From the NCBI GenBank assembly GCA_046318155.1, contig JBKCUU010000084.1:1-17920 (forward strand): a stretch of DNA of 17,920 bases, given 5' to 3'. Position 1 is the stretch's first letter; each line of letters opens with the position of its first letter. Origin of the DNA: Bdellovibrio sp. (lineage in GTDB: Bacteria > Bdellovibrionota > Bdellovibrionia > Bdellovibrionales > Bdellovibrionaceae). The notes beneath the pieces are model-generated. The model saw only the letters and a list, made by a program, of their open reading frames with translations. It made no database searches and had not been told where the DNA came from. The position numbers were made by a program, and so were the translations under genes. Shown in pieces: positions 14,630 through 17,920 of the stretch.

Positions 14630-17600
14630 GTGAAAACTCGTTTGCTTTGGCCAATCTTAACAATCTCGGTGCTGGCTCTGGCTGCCTGTGGAAGCAAGAA
14701 GGATGAGCCTTCGGTTACGGGTATTGCCACGACGGTGTCGGCCGCAAACTCGACGATCACCGGAACCGGCCCCGTGCTTGCCGATGGCGTTGCCACTTCG
14801 ACCGTGACCATCACCTTAAAAGATTCTGCCGGTGCGGCTGTTGCGGGCGTCGTTCCGCAGTTTGGTGGCTCCGGCACCGGTAACACGTCGGGCGCTTGTC
14901 CAGCGACAGACGCCTCGGGCGTTGCCGTTTGCGTGATCAAATCCACAAAGGCTGAAACAAAAACTCTTTCGATCACCTGGCCCGTCACAAAAGCCGATGG
15001 CACCGTTGAATTTTTAGTGGGAGCTCCCGCAAAACTTTGCTTCGTTGTCCAGCCAAGCGGCGGAGTCGCGGGAACGCCTTGGGCCACTCAGCCCCAAGTC
15101 GCCGTTGGCGATTCGACTTGTAATTTGATATCAGGTGCAACCGATTCGATCACACTTTCAGTGACCACGGGGACCGGCTCGCTCACCGGAACCGTGACCG
15201 CCGCCGCCTCAGGGGGTATCGCGACGTTCTCAGGTCTTGCAATGACCAATGCCCTTGACGCAAAAAGAATCACGGCCTCTGCTGCCGGACTCACTTCCGA
15301 GGTTTCAAACACCTTTAACATCACGGCAGCCGCCGCGACCCATCTGGCTTATGTCACTCAACCCTCGGGCGGACTTGCGAGCACCGCTTGGCTTGTTCAA
15401 CCCATTGTCGAAGCTCGTGACGTCTACGGAAACAAGGACAGCTCAGCTTCAGGAATTGTTTTACTGACACTTTCAACCGGAACGGGTGCCTTAGCGGGGA
15501 CCTCGTCTCGTGCTCTGGTCAATGGGACGGCCGCGTTTACAGGTCTTTCGATCAACCTCACTGGAGTCGACAAGGTTCTCACCGCAGCAACGAGTGGGCT
15601 GACATCTGCGGTCTCATCGACCTTTACGGTACTTCCGGGGCCGGCTGCAAAATTGGCATTCTTAACCCAACCGGGTGGTGGAGCATCGAGCGCGGTCTGG
15701 GCAACGCAACCCACGGTTGAAATTCAAGATTCCGCGGGGAACCGAGTTCCCAGCTCGACCGCCGCTGTGACTTTAGATTTAACAACCGGCACGGGCGCGC
15801 TCTCTGGCTCCGTCACCGTAAGTGCCGTCGCAGGTCTTGCAACCTTTGCTGGACTGCGGGTGGACCTGACAGGGACAAATAAAGTCTTAGGCGCAACTTC
15901 AAGCGGGCTCACCGCTGCGAGCTCGAGCGCGTTTACAATTACTCCTGGCGCGGCCAATAAACTTGGTTTTTCTGTCCAACCCGGTGGCGGAATCGCCGGC
16001 GCTTCATGGTTCACGCAGCCCGTTGTTCAAGTTCAAGATGCCGCTGGAAATCTTGTCACCAGCTCGACCTTATCGGTCACCGTCACTTTAACAACTGGAA
16101 CAGGAGCGTTTGGGGGGACACGCGTCCTCTCGGCCGTCGGCGGCGTTGTCACATACACCAACTTAAACATCAATCTTGCCGGAACAAACAAGATCATCAC
16201 GGCAACGGGCTCGGGCGTAACAGCCGCTTCATCAAACGCGTTTACGATCACGCACGCTGCCGCCTCAAAACTGGCGTTCACCACTCAGCCCAGCGGTGGC
16301 TCCGCCTCTGGTATTTGGGCCACTCAGCCCGTCGTTGAAGTGCAGGACACTTACAACAACCCGGTCTTGAACTCAGGCGTTGTGATCACTGTTGCGAGGT
16401 CTGCCGGCACCGGAACTGTCACCGGCACGACATTTATGAATGCGGTGAGCGGGGTTGCCACGTTCACGGATCTTGTGATGACCGTCACAGGTAGCAAAAC
16501 TTTGATTGCCACGTCACCCGGCTTGACCAGCGCAACATCGTCATCTTTTAACATCACCCCGGCGGCGGCGACGCAGCTCGCCTTTACAACACAACCCGTT
16601 GGCGGCACTGCCGGCGGCGCACTGACGCAGCAGCCGGTTGTCGAGGTCCGCGACGCTTCCGGCAACGTTGTGACCACATCTACCGATGCCGTCACGTTAA
16701 GCGTTGCGAGTGGCACCGGCACTCTGGGCGGAACCTTGACCGTCAACGCCGCCGGGGGCATCGCCACTTTTAGTGGCGTCACCATGAATTTGATTGGTGT
16801 TAAAACCATGCGTGCGTCAGCTGTTGGGTTAACAAATGCAACATCGTCATCCTTCACGATCACAGGTGGTCTCACCTCGGCCAGTTCCAGTGTTGTGGCC
16901 TCTCCTTCAAGTTTGTTCGCCAACGGCTCGAACATCTCAACAATCACGGTGACTTTGACAGATGCTGGCGGCAATCCACAGGCGGCAAAAAACGTGACTC
17001 TGACTTCGAGCCGTGGAGCTACCGACACCATTACGGGTTCGCCGGCGACAACCGACGCCCTTGGTGTTGCGACCTTTACCGTTGTGTCGAGCACCGTAGG
17101 TTCACCCACATTTACGGCTCAATGCACGACCGACTCGGTTGTTCTCTCAACAACCCCGGCCGTGAGTTTTGAAAGTGCTCTCGCAGATGCGACACTAAGC
17201 ACGTGGTCGATCCGGCCTGTCACACTGGCGGCTGATGGATCCTCGACAGCAACAGTCAATGTGACCGTTAAAAATTCGGCGGGAACGGCGTTGACTGGAA
17301 AAAGCGTCACTCTTGTCTCGAGCCGCGGCGGGACCGACACGATCACGACTTCACCCGCCGTCACAGGCGGCTCGGGCCAGGCCAGCTTTACCGTTCGGTC
17401 ATCAACGCGTGGTGAAGCAAATCTCACCCTCGCCGTCAGCACCGATTCAGTGACCATCACCAACCAAGGCCGACTGATTTTTTATGACGTCGCTCCTTAC
17501 AGTGATTGGCAAGCCCGCCTCGCGAACTCAAGCACGTCAAAAATGATTCCAGGATCCAATAGTCCCGCCACTTCGACCTGGGTTGATCTTTTTAACTTAG

Positions 17601-17920
17601 GCCCAAGCAATGGTGTCCTGAATAACTTTTCTTACAATACCACCAGCGGTTGGTGCGGGAGCGGGACAGGCGCCATCACCTCGTGCGCGGTTGGCGCTTA
17701 CCGACTTGTCCTTGATGGGATAGATGACTATGTCGATTTTGGAACTGGCCTGGGTAGTTTTTCAAGTGCGACTTATGAAACTTGGATCCGGGCGGCCAAT
17801 CCCGCGCTCAAAGGAAAAGTTATTCTTTCAAATGGCGACACCGCAAACCATGGCCTGGTTCTACGCCAAGCTTGGGACGCCTCTTCAAGAATCGAAATGA
17901 ACATCGGCAATACCAAATCT
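14630..17920 (+). CDS. Large lipoprotein adhesin with Ig-like (Big_1/invasin-type) domains and a LamG/ConA-like domain; 3' end truncated (>=1097 aa)
   Basis: Open frame from GTG 14630 to the window end, with an in-frame TGA at 14594 upstream. MKTRLLWPILTISVLALAAC lipobox; VLADGVATSTVTITLKD; six KLAF..QP repeats; two ANG/ADG..TITVTLTD-type domains; then LVLDGIDDYVDFG..SATYETWIR. Confidence 0.93.
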   Translation, partial: MKTRLLWPILTISVLALAACGSKKDEPSVTGIATTVSAANSTITGTGPVLADGVATSTVTITLKDSAGAAVAGVVPQFGGSGTGNTSGACPATDASGVAVCVIKSTKAETKTLSITWPVTKADGTVEFLVGAPAKLCFVVQPSGGVAGTPWATQPQVAVGDSTCNLISGATDSITLSVTTGTGSLTGTVTAAASGGIATFSGLAMTNALDAKRITASAAGLTSEVSNTFNITAAAATHLAYVTQPSGGLASTAWLVQPIVEARDVYGNKDSSASGIVLLTLSTGTGALAGTSSRALVNGTAAFTGLSINLTGVDKVLTAATSGLTSAVSSTFTVLPGPAAKLAFLTQPGGGASSAVWATQPTVEIQDSAGNRVPSSTAAVTLDLTTGTGALSGSVTVSAVAGLATFAGLRVDLTGTNKVLGATSSGLTAASSSAFTITPGAANKLGFSVQPGGGIAGASWFTQPVVQVQDAAGNLVTSSTLSVTVTLTTGTGAFGGTRVLSAVGGVVTYTNLNINLAGTNKIITATGSGVTAASSNAFTITHAAASKLAFTTQPSGGSASGIWATQPVVEVQDTYNNPVLNSGVVITVARSAGTGTVTGTTFMNAVSGVATFTDLVMTVTGSKTLIATSPGLTSATSSSFNITPAAATQLAFTTQPVGGTAGGALTQQPVVEVRDASGNVVTTSTDAVTLSVASGTGTLGGTLTVNAAGGIATFSGVTMNLIGVKTMRASAVGLTNATSSSFTITGGLTSASSSVVASPSSLFANGSNISTITVTLTDAGGNPQAAKNVTLTSSRGATDTITGSPATTDALGVATFTVVSSTVGSPTFTAQCTTDSVVLSTTPAVSFESALADATLSTWSIRPVTLAADGSSTATVNVTVKNSAGTALTGKSVTLVSSRGGTDTITTSPAVTGGSGQASFTVRSSTRGEANLTLAVSTDSVTITNQGRLIFYDVAPYSDWQARLANSSTSKMIPGSNSPATSTWVDLFNLGPSNGVLNNFSYNTTSGWCGSGTGAITSCAVGAYRLVLDGIDDYVDFGTGLGSFSSATYETWIRAANPALKGKVILSNGDTANHGLVLRQAWDASSRIEMNIGNTKS
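15029..16870 (+). repeat. Six ~309-bp (103-aa) Ig-like coding repeats
   Basis: Units start at 15029, 15338, 15647, 15956, 16265 and 16571. Consensus KLAFxxQPxGGxAxxxWxTQPVVEVQDxxGN...GTGxLxG...GxATFxxL...GLTxAxSxxFxI. Confidence 0.93.

Noticed and set aside
14566..17463. Series of minus-strand Val/Ala/Pro-rich ORFs
   Set aside because: They are antisense shadows of the Thr/Ala/Gly/Ser-rich adhesin on the + strand, and their periodic stops mirror the 309-bp repeat.

Overview
Gene-dense bacterial window, probably from a Bdellovibrionota-like predator. That placement is an inference from the YQNC-type signal peptide, the lipoprotein trypsin-like protease and the large repeat surface proteins. 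From left to right: a 5' part of an RhlB-like DEAD-box helicase, a YbfF-like alpha/beta esterase head-to-head with poly(A) polymerase pcnB, a secreted protein with 10 four-cysteine ~56-aa repeats, a divergent single-chain transketolase, prolyl aminopeptidase, a lipoprotein S1 protease, and a menaquinone locus (menF-menD-menH on the minus strand, divergent from a DAHP synthase coupled to ubiE/menG). It ends with the first ~1097 codons of a large Ig-like/LamG lipoprotein adhesin. The helicase and the adhesin are missing from the ORF track because they run off the window edges. I saw no mobile element, CRISPR array or RNA gene, and no clearly new multi-gene system. The best leads are the Cys-repeat protein, the regulatory-domain-less KMRTS DAHP synthase inside the men locus, and the promoter architectures.
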